From: Lingula anatina
Taxonomy: Eukaryota; Animalia; Brachiopoda
DNA: 64,000 bases
Direction: 5' to 3'
Assembly: GCA_051362555.1 (NCBI GenBank)
Contig: CM120640.1
Location: 47,594,788 to 47,658,787, forward strand
The notes beneath the pieces were generated by a model. The model ran no database searches. It was not told the DNA's origin and saw only the letters and a list, made by a program, of their open reading frames with translations. The position numbers and the translations under genes are program-made. Of this stretch, positions 24,545-37,526 are shown piece after piece. Position 1 is the first letter of the stretch, and every line of letters starts with the position of its first letter.

Positions 24545-24880
24545 AACACAGGTTGATTCAATGTTGAAATCCTGTTGATCAATCAACATTGAAAACTGAT
24601 TGACAAAGAAAGGTAAAATCAATGTTGAGACCCTGTTGATCTATCAACATTGACAATTGGTTGACAAGAAAAGGTTGATTCAATGTTGAAATCCTGTTGA
24701 ACTATCAACATTGAAAATTGATTGACAAAGAAAGGTTAAATCAATGTTGAGACCCTGTTGATCTATCAACATTGACAATTGGTTGACAAGAAAAGGTTGA
24801 TTCAATGTTGAGATCTTGTTGATCTATCAATATTGATGGATCAACATCATCTCAACCTATCCTCAATGTTGAATCAACGT
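24545..24880. repeat. Tandem array, 122-bp unit (2 x ~61 bp), right subterminal array
   Basis: GGTTGATTCAATGTTGA recurs at 24551, 24673 and 24795. Confidence 0.9.
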
Positions 24881-25466
24881 TGAGTGCCCGCTGGGTTGGC
24901 TACTACTCCATTATTTTCACTCAGGGGAAATAGCATAGGAATTCCTTAACATAGATATCAGCATGAACATGTTCACAGGACTGGTATCCCTTGGGAGCAC
25001 TGACCAATTGACATCAAGTATAATGTGTCATTGCATCCTCTGTTTTCCTCTAGATGGCACTGTTGGTATGTCACTGTTAACTTACACTTATCATGCTATA
25101 TTAGTGGCTTTTAAAATTGTGTTCAATTTCGAGTACATCTAGGAACTGGTAATGTCAATATGCAGACAACACATTTACTGCAAAATAAGTGATATATATT
25201 GCAATTTTTTAGATAATTTTATGATATACTTAGAAATTTATATATAAATATATAGAAATTTATTACCTGGTATGAGTTGGGGAACAAATCTAATTTCCAC
25301 CCCAGACTATAACTTTCTAGATGAATTACACTGAATAATGATTCATTTGGCAAAATTGATTACTTTATTTCACATGAAATTAAACATTAAGGTATTTTCC
25401 AAAATGTGACTATTTTGAATGCAGTATATAAAGCCTTTATTATTGCCCATTTAAAAAAATGGTTAA

Positions 25467-26153
25467 GGGTATTGTTAGCCTTTATTATTATCCAGATACT
25501 GAAAATTAGGTTTTTCCTGCATCTAATTATTCAGTAATGTATCTATCTGTGTGCTGATTTGAAACAATGAAGATCCCCTTGAAAATATAAAATTTTGGCG
25601 TTTATATTTCTAGTTGCAATTTATAAGCATGGGCAACTCAGAACTTTAATTGTCAATTTAACACCTTTTATTTTGAGGTGAGATAAAAATCGGTAAGGGG
25701 CATAACAAGATTTTAACACAAATTGGCATAGTTGACCTTGAGTGTATGGGCTACAATCCCATGCTGTCATTTTGGTTAAAATGTTTAAGTGTTTTTTAGG
25801 GAGTTATGAGCCCTTAATTACAGAATTGCATTAAACAAAGGCATTATTTTGCTTTATCATTGATAAAATCTTAACTGAAATTTTAAAGAAAAATCACTGG
25901 CAGGGTTCTGGAGTACTAAAAGGTATCATTAAATTGGCGTTAAAATTGTGTTGGTGGGTGTCAGGTTAAGGAGAAATTTGAGAAACCCATTTTTCCATTT
26001 TTAACCCAAAACAGCACTTATGACATCACTCATTAGATTACATTTGTGTAAATGTTAATTAATTAAGTCGCTGAAAGCTGAAGATTTATGTTATCCAAAA
26101 GAATGAATGTAAGGCAGTAAACAAGGAGTTTTTGGCAAAGGCTAACAATATCC
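25467..26153. mobile_element. 687-bp non-autonomous Kolobok-like DNA transposon
   Basis: TTAA|GGGTATTGTTAGCCTT ... AAGGCTAACAATATCC|TTAA: TTAA duplication, RR..YY termini, 16-bp TIR with one mismatch. Confidence 0.8.
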
Positions 26154-27102
26154 TTAACAGGTATTGATGGCTTATTTTATTTTGAGTTTATCTTTTATCT
26201 TTTCTCTTGAGGTTGGATTTCTTCATATGTTTTTTTTATCCATCCTATCCATATCAGCATAGAAGACCTGCAGCCAGAGGTTCAGAGGTGATGAGACAAG
26301 CCCCACCCTGCTGGGAGGATCCAGTCTGGTACTTGGGGGGAACAGCCTTATCAAAAAAAGAAAAAAAGTAATAAAAAATAATAATAATATGAAGTTCTTT
26401 GAAATGACTGGTAAGAACCTTATCTACCTCTGCCTTTTTAAAGTCTTGCATTTCCGTCACATTAAGGATTATGTCCAATATCTTGCTTTTGAAATTTAAC
26501 AAATTAAGGAAAAGCAAGAACCCATTATTTATCCTTAAATGTTATTGTATGAAAGAAAGAAAATGTAGCTGACTCAGAGAGTTTGTAGTTAAATTTAACT
26601 ATTGAAATCATCAGAATGAAACATAGTGCCCATAGAACATAACTGCTGAATTCTGCACCCAAGGTGTAAATGTGTTTATAGATTATAACAGATTTGAAAT
26701 GGTCATTAAGTAGGAAGCAATGGAAGATATAGAGTTAGTATTCTAGATAAAAGGTATAGAGGAATGTGTTTTGAGCATATAAAGACGTATAAGGGACAGT
26801 CTGAGAGATTGGATACTAGAAAATGCAGTATGTAACTTTGATGTATGTTGTATGAAACTTATGTTTAAGACCTTTTTTTTCATAAGATGACTTAGTATCA
26901 GTTCGTAAAACAAGTTTTTCAAAAAATTTCTAGATGCATTTTTAAAGAATGTACTTTTTAATGTTACTTTTTTATAACTATTATTCAAGCTGGATAAGCT
27001 GGGTTGTATCTGGGAGCTGTCATTCCAGAATATCACTGCATCTTTGTTTATTGTACAGTGATTTTCGTGATAGTATATATGTTTTAAAGGAAAGGAGAAA
27101 TA

Positions 27103-27861
27103 CAGGGTGACCAAAAAAAAAAAAAAAAAAACATAAAAATTTTGATAAATCCTACAAAGGCCCATCATATTTCAAGAAATTTGCTGGACTTTAACTTCAA
27201 TATGTGTACAATCATTCCCCAAAGTTTCAGTTATCTTGGTCACTTTGCATAAAGGTAATGTTCTTTTCAAAAATATGCTCCAAATTGCCCCTGAGGCATT
27301 GGATGCATACTTGCATACGTTGCAAAAAAATTTTGTTCATTTCTGAAATACATTTCTCCTTCGGAATTTTCCTGGTTTTTGCTATCATTGCTCCCCACAG
27401 TTCACCCATCATTTGAGGGTTGTTCTGGTACAAATTGTCCTCAAGATACCCCCTCAGATAAATATCTAGGGAGGTTCAAGTCCGGTGAATGCGGTGCCCA
27501 CTCAACATCACACTTTCTGCTGATCAGCCTTCCTGATATTGCTCTCTCAGTCAGGCTAGGGAGTCATTTGATGTGTGGGATTGGCCCTGTCTCACAAGAA
27601 CCACTGTCCATCTTGATCTGTCCCTCTGAATCGTCCTAGTGACGTCCAAAACTTCCTCAGCACTGCCACATAGTGATTTTAGGAGAGACTGACTTTTAAA
27701 AAGAACATAACTTTTATGCCAATCAACCAAAACAACTGAAATTTTCGGGAATGATCATGCACATATTGAAGTATAAGTCCAGCAAATTTTATAAAATTTG
27801 GTGGACCTTTGTAGCATTTAATAGAATTTTTATGGGTTCTTTTTTGTTTTGGGTCACCATG
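27103..27861 (-). mobile_element. Internally deleted Tc1/mariner element of the DD41D (rosa) type with a decayed transposase C-terminus
   Basis: TA|CAGGGTGACC and GGTCACCATG ends with ~170-bp TIRs. With frameshifts the minus strand reads QWF..DRA.PHTSNDSLA*LREQ...LISRKCDVEWAPHSPDLN..DIYLRGYLEDNLYQNNPQ...RMQVCIQCLRGNLEHIF. Reconstructed D-to-D spacing is 41. Confidence 0.88.
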
Positions 27862-28800
27862 TTATTGCAAGAAGATTCTTATTATTACAACCCTGTCTAA
27901 TGTCCTCTCCAAATTGAATGTTAACTAACAGGGAAAGCAGATACAAATGACCCATTACTCACCTATCAGCTGCTGCCCCCTAGGGACTAGATTAACTGGG
28001 AGCTAAGTATCCCATAGCTGCCATGGTTATTGACTCAGTTTTCAATATCTGTTCCCTAGGTGTTGTTCTGATACATTAAAGCATTTCCCTTGTGACAAGT
28101 TGTGTGCAAGCAAAATGAAAATAGAGCTGGGTGCGACTTTGGGTCAGCGATTGCGAATTTGAAATTTCAATGATGATTCTTTGAATTTTTTACATCTGGT
28201 GATTTTGAAGCTGGTACATGTAACTTTTATATTGCCATTATTACCATTGGTCTGTTATTTCATGGCACATTCAAGAATGAATAAATGGTTTAAACAAATC
28301 AATGTTTAAGGAATAAATAAATGTTAAAAGAACAAATAAATAAATTTTTAAATGAAACAAATTAATGAAAATTAAGACAAGGATTTGATTTGAAACCTGC
28401 CTGTCTTAGTGGAAACCAGAGTGATGTGAACAAATAGTTAATAAAGGATCAAAAATCCAAACAAACAAACAAATTTTAGATTATGTATTATGGTATTTAA
28501 TCTAAACCGCTGATGATGTTTTAGTTATTATCGATATGGTTCAAGTCCATCTTAACAAGAGCATCTTAATGAAAGCAGAGAGGATATTGACACTGATCGT
28601 ACATGGAACATGATGAATAGAGACTCAATATCACACAACTCATCACACCTACAATATGTGTTAAGATTTTCAATAGTTTTTTGTGTTCTATGTGTTTGGA
28701 CAATCACTCTTCTATATACTATATAGCCTTTATGTGTTTGTATTTAGACTGACTATGATGCATATTGTAAAGTGCACAAATACTGGGCCTGTATGTAAAC

Positions 28801-28803
<3 letters not shown>

Positions 28804-28847
<44 letters not shown>
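28804..28847. repeat. (AC)n microsatellite
   Basis: Pure AC run. Confidence 0.95.
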
Positions 28848-28849
<2 letters not shown>

Positions 28850-29819
28850 AAACACTTATTTAACTTGTCAGCTAGTGAGCTTTAATTTGGGCAATTACTG
28901 TTAAACACTGAATGTCAAAATCATTAGAAGTCAAGCTGAGGGGAAACATTTTTGTAATCACATTTAAGAGGAGTGTCAAATTATCAAAGGACTCCCATCA
29001 AGGATTCATCTAAAACAAGTGGGGAATCAAAATGTTTTGAGTGGTTAAAGACAGATAAATGGCGGAAACTTCAAGCTGATAATCAACTCAAAGACATGTC
29101 TGAAAATGTAGGTTAGGATTTAGAATTTAAAGGACTGATGGAAATTTTTTAAAGGAGTATTTTTAAAAGCTGTTCATGTGAAGTCGCCATCATGGTGACT
29201 TTTTGCTAGTGTGTTTTTAAATCCAGTTTTAAAGTTCAGTGGCTCTCAGAATGAGACAGTATATAGTCAAATAAGCCACATATTATCATTTAACTGACCA
29301 ATCATCTTTTCAATTTAGTGACTATAATCAAATGTGTTAAATTCCAGTCAATTGAATTTTTAGGGGACTGGTTGTGTGTGTACCAAGTTATTGATTACTT
29401 AATGATTGTATCTGGGCTTATTAGGGCAAATTTGTATTAAAACTGGGAACTGCCCACTAATTTCAGGTGTTTTTTCAAACCAGTTTTATCCCAAACAGCT
29501 GCCACACCTTTTCTGTGCAGGTAAGAGAAATGTGCTCTTGATCTATGTGAACAATCAGTGGTCATTTCCTTTTCTCACTCAAAATGTTATATTTAGTGTT
29601 AATTCAAAACCATGAAGTACATTTGTGAGTATGGTGAAGTATTCATCAAAATGAAATACCTGATCACCAAATCTGTTGCCATAGCCACCCCCACTTACAT
29701 GCATTGACGTGTATTCTTAAGTGGTGCAGTTTGATATGCCAGTTGATGTAAAGTAAGCAGTTATTAGTTTTTTTGGTTTATTGGTCTTGTACTGTACATT
29801 GTATACTTTGTGTCACTTA

Positions 29820-30005
29820 GGGACTGTTCACTATGAATGTTGTAGACCTAGCTAATGTGCACTAACTCCACAGGGACTCTAGCTGAATGCAATCAGATAA
29901 ACAGACTAAATGCTTCCTCTTGATTCCAAGGTACCTGTATGATCACCAGAAAGAAGGAGGCATGCTGGTCTGTTAATCTGATTGCTACATCAAGCCCTGG
30001 AGAGT
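29820..30005. mobile_element. Degenerate MITE related to 35092-35304
   Basis: Shares GGGACTCT(A/G)GCTGA(A/G)TGCAATCAG; internal inverted match GCAATCAGATAAACAGAC / GTCTGTTAATCTGATTGC. Confidence 0.5.
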
Positions 30006-33000
30006 GCCAGGACTTTTACATATGACATCATTTCATATTAAATTAAATTCATGAAGCATAAAAATGAAAGGTCATTTTTTATTATATCTTATTGCTTCTA
30101 AGATCTAAAGACAAGGGTTGATTCACTTTTTATCTAGCTAAATTGGTTCTAAATTGGTTTTGATAATAAACTCACTATAACAGTGTTGATAGTAATCAAG
30201 TAGGTGTGAACAGAGCACAGTTTTTTAAGCATTTGGTATTTGACTTTTAAAAGCGAGTGCCTTATGTTTGGTTTGGTTGCAGTCAAAACTTTTCAATAGC
30301 TTTAGAGTTAATATATTTCAGAGTTAGCTAAAACAAGACTGAAGTGAATGCACCCATAGATATTACATTAGATATGGTAGGTACAAAGCTATCAGTTAAG
30401 CAAGGCTGAAATGTTAAGGTGCTGTTGATCATCTAACCCTCTATCCCCAGATGCCCAAGTTGAAAGATAATACCACATTTTGACAACCTTGACCAACAGA
30501 TGAACCCCTCTCAATTGTTGGCTTTTTCATATTATTTAAGTAATTTTAAGTTTTAAGAAGGTGTACATGGGATAGGTCCCTCAGAAAATGATGCTACTTT
30601 CCCATTAATTTATGTAGATTAAATTGTACTCATTTTCATTTAAATATTTATGATAAAATTATGAGTACTGCCAACCACGAACCAACATCAGTTGCTGTCG
30701 GGGTTAATTAAAAGCTGCTGTTTATTTTTATGCTGGTATCATGTCAGAAATTGATAAGGAAAGTGTCCATCGACTTTGCAAAAACTACTTCCTGTTTTGG
30801 TTAGGTAGATACTTGCTTCAGCCTCTTTTTATACAGGGCATTGCAATCGGTGTGATGAAATATAGAATGATAATCAAAATTAAAATTGTTAAATAGGCAA
30901 GATGTCAAATACTAGCCAAAGGTAAGCAGAAAAAAATTCTTTATGTGCTCATCTTAAGGCAAAAGGACTAAGTGATTTATAGGAATGGTCTTTCATTAAT
31001 TAATAAAGTGCAAGTTTATCTTTTTGGGGCAGGCGCACAGTCAAGGGGCTATAGGTACTAGAGTATCTTTTGTTGTCCATGTTGTAAGACAAAAAGCTGT
31101 TTACATGATGACTAAGATTTCTATTGATAACAGTGAAAAAAGGAAAGGGTGGTCGTCATTGTCAGTTAAAGACTGTTTAATGTTAAAAGTTTATACATAT
31201 GACCAGTTTTTGGATGGTATAATTTAAATTCAGTGAATCTCATGCTGCTGATGTAAGTTTTTTTTTTTTTTTTTTTTTTTTATTGGGGGGGGGGGGATAG
31301 CATTTGCCTTCACAGTTAATGAAAAATTTTGAGGAACACTTGGATATCCCAATTGTTTTTTTTTTCTGCACCTGAAGTATCCACTGCTTCATGATCTAAT
31401 AATGATGTCTGCTGATAACCATCTGCACTAACTCCATGTCTTTGTCTGATAAGTGTTAAGAGGCTGTTTTCACTAGCTCTAAGATAAAGGTTAGTCACTG
31501 CTTGGACATAATAACGAATATAATGTTATTATGTCCAAGGTCACTGTCAGCACTCTGCAACTCAGTAACTTCTGGTTCTATTGAGTTGATATATTTTCTT
31601 TTTGTTTATTTATCTTAATATTGTGCAAATTAACGTGGCATACTTATCATGAAAATAATAGGGTCATGTTCAGTAGGTGCAAATTAATACGCTGCTACAG
31701 TATATAAAATATATGTTGTTTATTGTCTTTATTGAATGTCATGCAGCAGGTGGATGAGAGACTGTCATCTGTTTTGCAGCCCGCAATTTCAAAGAGGGGG
31801 TGGAGGGGATTATTGCCAGTAATTTACTTTTTGGATATTTTATGGTAAATGGAGAAAGATAACCATTTATATGGCCTCAGTGTGGTTTCATTAGTTTTTT
31901 TACTCATTTTAATGGAAAATGTTGGAAATTGAAATGGAAATAAAATTACATGTTATATATTAGTATGAATGTCTATGTCATTTGAACCTGTCCAACTCAT
32001 ACCTGTAACTCATTTTATCCAACTCATACCTGTATATATATATTTAACGTTTTAACATAATTGTGCTATAATTTTATTTTGGGACTGAGGAGGATAGTTT
32101 TCCATGGTTTTTAAATATGCACAAATGTTCATGACCATAGGGCTATTGTTTTTGTGGTATAGTAAATTTAAGCTGGGGAATGCAGTGTTTTCTTTTTCAC
32201 ATCTTGATAAAAATCTAGCAATCTTAAATTATGGTCATTGAAATGATGACCTAAGATATGTGGCCAAAATTCAGACTAAAATCACCTCTGTCATCAAAGT
32301 ACCATCATTGAAGTCCTGGGTTGAATTTGTATTTGAGAAACCAAGCCATATTTCCAGTTTTGTTGCTAGTAAATAATACTTGTTGTCATTATGGAAATTT
32401 AATGCTATTAACATTCCTAAACCTTTATCTATGATATATATATACAAGTCCTTCAAGCAGCAACCCCTCCCCCCCTCCCCCTAACTAACAACATCCTGTA
32501 ACAGTCAGTTCTCCTTTCTATTAATAGAATAAATTTTACAATATTTATCATTGTGTAGTCATATTTAAGTGTCTGTCCTGGCTGGTAATGGTGTTGGTCA
32601 AGAGATGATAGATAAATAGATATATATAGAACTGCCCATTTTATTCCATTACAGGCATGGGACTGTAACAGTTGAACTATCATCTAAATGGCCATTGATA
32701 TTGGATAGACTTAATTTCAGTTAACATCAGGTTCAACTTAAACCTGGAAATGGCCTAACTCACTGCAACCTACAGCTTGATTGATAAATCATACTTGGAT
32801 GTCAAAAAGTGTGCATTGTTCTGGGGAGCCTTGTGTGTGTTCTCTTTGCTTTCTAATACTGAGTGGGTGGCAGTGCAGAGAGAGAGAGATACCATGGAAG
32901 CTCTCTTCATTACCACAGGTCTGACGTGAAGAAGTGTGCAAAGCTCATTGGCTGAGGGAGACTCCAGTTTTATCTCATCACAGAATCTAGGTGCATTAGT

Positions 33001-35091
33001 ATTTCTTCTGGCAGGCACTGGTCAGCTGATGGACAAGTGAAGTTTCATATGTACTTTTAACATTGATACATGTAGATGGACATGCACTGTATCATAAGGT
33101 AATCTAAAGGTACACTTTAATTTATTTTTCAAATATTTTCCTTCCAAGTGGATTATTCTGACCTTTAAATCACAACAAACACTGCAGTACATTTTTCAGT
33201 AATCAGTCTGTTTGTGGTCAGCTGTGTCTGATGTCCATCTTTAAATATGAATTCAGCATCTGTATTTTTGAGTAGACACAGGAGAAAAAACTTTATTATA
33301 AGTTCATGTGGGTTAATTATTATATTTATCCATTTTGAATCCTTAGGTCTTTAGGGAACCACAACTTTCATTTTATTGAAATGAAATCTTATTTGATATA
33401 TCCTCATCTCATAAAAAATTTGAGGGGACTCCAAGTTTGATTATTTCCGAGATGTGCCACCATCTCAGTCATTTTTATCTGGTTTTGTATTAATTTGTTT
33501 TCTTTTTGTATAGGCATGAGATTTAAGGATTCTAATTAAAGATAACTATAAATTCATGAATTTCGTCTTCTTAGGTTTTTGATTAAATTCCAATAAATGT
33601 AGTTGGTATCATGAAAATATAAAGGACATAGTGGTTTAGACCATTTGGATATTATGTCATATACTAGGCATCATGGCCATTCCATTTCACAAGTTTTTCA
33701 GTTTGCTTTCTGCTGTGAAAAATAGGATAATTGCACTTGCATTTTGATTACATGTTTGCATGTATTTTCATATGATTCAGTAGGTTCATCCTATTGTTCA
33801 AAGCACCAGCTATGGGATAAGTCAGTTACAACTACTCATTGTCCACTGCATAGGACATACAAGAGCAAATTATTACTTGGTTGGCCTCGATGTGATTACA
33901 GTTGGCTCTTGTATGTCACATACAGTAGATAATTTGTTTTGTAACTATGTAGTACTTCTAAGAGACCATTCCCACAGATATTTAGATCGATCTATCCCCC
34001 TGGGGAGTCTCTACTCATTTGATTTTTAAATGATAATTTCTTAGACTAATACCCCCAGTATGTTTTAGTACACATGAAATAAAACACATCAGAAAACATT
34101 TCAGTGTGTTAAAAAATCCTTAAAAATTGTGTAGCAAATAAGTTTGGACATTGTGTATTAATACCCAAAATATAAAAAAAACAGAAATGCTAAATTTTGA
34201 ACTTCTATAAAATTCAAGTGGTCAGAATAACCTTTGATTCTAATCATTTAATAGCCATGGGTGTGAAGTCAACATGCCTTGAATATATGTAGTATAAAAA
34301 GATGTTTATTTCCATAGGGATGTGTTTAGTCACCAAACCAATCGTCACTGTTATAAATAGCTGTATACAACCAAAGTTGTGCCAGTTAAGGACCACCTGT
34401 CAACACCAGATCTTGATGGGCTATGAGTTAATTAGTCATGAGTTAATAAAGCTTGCCTCAGAGTCTCAGTTCATGGACCTAGTTATGTTTTGCTAATATT
34501 TATTTCCCATTCATTTATATTATATTAAACTGCAGGTGGAAATTATTCCTGAAACATATTTCATCTATAATGAAAATGTTTTTGTTGCATCTGTTTGTCT
34601 ATAGTTCAGTTTGGCTGTAATGATAAATGCCCTAGATAAAAGGATAATGATCAACTTGCTCCAGTGAACCAGTGAATTTTTTTTTTTTTTTTTTTTTGGG
34701 GGGGGGGGAAGCAATTTTCAAGAAAAATTATCTTGTTCTGAGAGTCAATTATTTAAATGCTCCTATGGAACTTACTGTGACATAATAATCCTTTGTATCT
34801 TTGCTTTTTGAAAATTGGCTATGAATAGTGTAAAATTTCATATAATAATTGATTTTGACACCAGTCCTATTACTTTTCAGACCTACTTAACTTTTCTATT
34901 CATTTAATGATATAGCATGACTTTTATCTTGTTGTTTTAAAGGATGTGGCATTGTGTGATTTTTTAAATTTCTTGTTTTCCCTTGCTAAAAGAGAAATCT
35001 AAAGTGTACTAAAGTCTGTTTTTATTCTAGTTGACATACCTTAACCTAGTCCCTAACATCTTAATATACAATTTTCTGACTAATGACTAAT

Positions 35092-35304
35092 GACCCCATT
35101 CCCATGGTCTACGTAGAACAATCCAACTCTGTGGGGACTCTGGCTGAGTGCAATCAGCTTAACTGAATGGCATTGAGTAGAATAAATAAAAGCTGGTGAT
35201 TATCCCAGTACCGGTATGTTGGAAACAAGAGGGGGGTATGTCACTCAGTATGTCCCCAAGTTGGATCATCTACATAGATTGATGGTGTCCATGAGAATGG
35301 GGTC
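35092..35304. mobile_element. Harbinger-like MITE
   Basis: TIRs GACCCCATTCCCATGG / CCATGAGAATGGGGTC plus inner ATCCAACT / AGTTGGAT. Confidence 0.65.
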
Positions 35305-36983
35305 CTTTATGACTAGCTCACCATGGGGAGCAAATCAAATCTTGGCGTAAGTCCACCCGTTGCCATTCCAACCGCTGAGCACACCACACTTCATGCTAAG
35401 TCTTTTTAAATATCTGGAGTTGCAATGACTGCAAGACCTGATGCAGCCCTTCCTGCCACATATTAACCCAGTGAATAAATGAATCTATTAATTAGAAAAT
35501 AATTGATAATAGTTATCAACAGGATGATGATGGTCTCTGATGACTTAGTCAGTATCATCCATCAATTGTTTTAACAGAACCTGAAGATGTTCATCATTAA
35601 TTGTGACAACAAAATGCCATTATAATCTATTTTGATGGATGACCTAGGCTAAATCATTAACCGATGAAAGTAGGCAAAATACTCAGTAATCTTAGTGAAA
35701 ACAGACACCAGGTATGATGATGTAGTTCAGTACCCCTTGCACAGGGGTAGGTGGCAGTGTAATTTCTTTGTATTTTTAATGAAATCAGTTCAAAGGCTTT
35801 ATTGAAATGTCTTTGTTGTAACTGTCTAGCTATCACCACACAACCAAGTCAATTCACAATGACAGTGATTTATGTCTGGAGTATCAATGTGTTGCTTAGT
35901 AATCCAGTCCTCTTGCAGGAAGACTATCTTGCATGAAGTATGTGTTCTGATACCACAACTTGCACCTGGCATAGCTTTGGTTTGTCAGAATCTTGGACAA
36001 ATAAAATATTTTATTTGTCGAAGTCTGAATACAGCATTATTGTTTCATATCTGATGAAAGGCAATTGTGCCCTAAAATGTTTTCCTTGTCTGCATCAGTC
36101 GTCTTATTTTTTGTCATACCAGAAGAGCTTTTTATGATACTGAGAAGAGAAAAAACAGGATATTACTGTTCTAAAAAATTTCCTATTTTGTCACTTACCA
36201 ATGTGTCTCAGTGTGAGAGGGCTATTAGGTTAGTCTTTTGATCATGTTGCTTACAGAACAAATAACCAATCGGATATCATTTTGGTAAATTGCCTATTAT
36301 TGGGAGTGCACTCAAGTGCACACTTGCACATTTTTTAAGTTGCACTGTTTTGCTGTATAGTTGTTAGAATTTTTTACTTTAATGATTTATTGAATGATGA
36401 CAAGAAGTGAGCATATCAGTATGAAAGCTTTACCTGCAGTTTAAGCTCATGACATTATTAGCTTTGATTACTGATTCAGACTAAAAAAGTGAAACTTCCA
36501 CAGATATCAAATTTAGATAAATTTTCAGCACCTAGTGAAAGACTTTGTGCTATCCACAGGGGTGCCCATAAACATTCTAACCAACTGGAAGTGGTGTATA
36601 TGACATTTCCTGAAAAACGAAGGTATTAAATTATTAGCTCCCTATGGTCAGATATTGAGAACACACACGCACAAACACACGTATGAAAGCAGGACAATTG
36701 ACTGAGTCAGTGCAGTAAGCCCCTGGTGGGATAGTAAAGTAACTGACAGTATGATCTACATAAACCTGACGAACTTAACTGCAAGTAAATTCAGCTGCTT
36801 CCAATGTCTACCTGCAAGAAACTTGTACACTGTCCAGTGGGACTGAAAACTCAATCACTTCATACTACATTAAGAAAGTGAATTAAGATAGACACTAGCC
36901 TGCACATCCATAGGGGACTGTCCCTTGGGGACTCTACTTTTACTTGTGCAATGGGTTGGGTTCACTCTGGGTTTGGCACTATC

Positions 36984-37526
36984 CAGGGTGATCCCCCTTC
37001 CCCCCCCCCCCCCCTCCAAAAAAAAAAAACAAAAAAAAAAAAAAACATAAAAATTTAATAAAAAAGAGTCAATCAAAATTTCCAAAAAATTGCTGGACTT
37101 AAACTTCGGTATGGATATGATCATTCCCCAAAGTTTTAGTTATCTCAGTTGCTTTTCATAAAAATTATTGACTTTTTTAAAATATGCTGATCAGCAGGAA
37201 GTGTGGAGTTGATTGGGCTCTGCATTCCCCAGACTTGAATCCCCCCCCCCCATTTTTTTTTTTGTGGGGATATTTCAAGGATAAAGTGTACCAGAACAGC
37301 TTCAAACAATTGGTGAACTGAACACAGCAACCAGAGCAAAAATCAGGGAAATCCTGAAGGAGGAATGAGTTCGGGTAAGCAACAATTTTGGGCAATGTAT
37401 GCAAGTGTGCCTCCAATGCCGTGGAGGCCATTTTGCATATCTTTAAAAAGACCATTACTTTTATGAAAAGCGACCAAGGTAACTGAAACTTTTGGGAATG
37501 ATCATGCACATTCTGAAGTTTAAGTA
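36984..37526 (+). mobile_element. Second deleted DD41D (rosa)-type element, opposite orientation, right end truncated
   Basis: Same CAGGGTGA terminus and TIR as at 27103. The plus strand from ~37187 reads LISRKCGVDWALHSPDLNPP..FFLWGYFKDKVYQN..QTIGELNTATRAKIREI...CMQVCLQCRGGHF with frameshifts. Confidence 0.88.

Larger units (their letters stand above)
22530..24895. mobile_element. 2.37-kb non-autonomous CACTA/EnSpm-like (CMC) DNA transposon
   Basis: TIRs CCCAGCGGGCA (22530) / TGCCCGCTGGG (24895), 2-bp TT duplication, and both ends packed with TCAACGTTGA-type palindromic subterminal repeats. Confidence 0.85.

Noticed and set aside
26743-27168. 141-aa minus-strand ORF
   Set aside because: It starts in a transposon TIR and poly-T run, has AT-biased low-information composition, and shows no domain signal.
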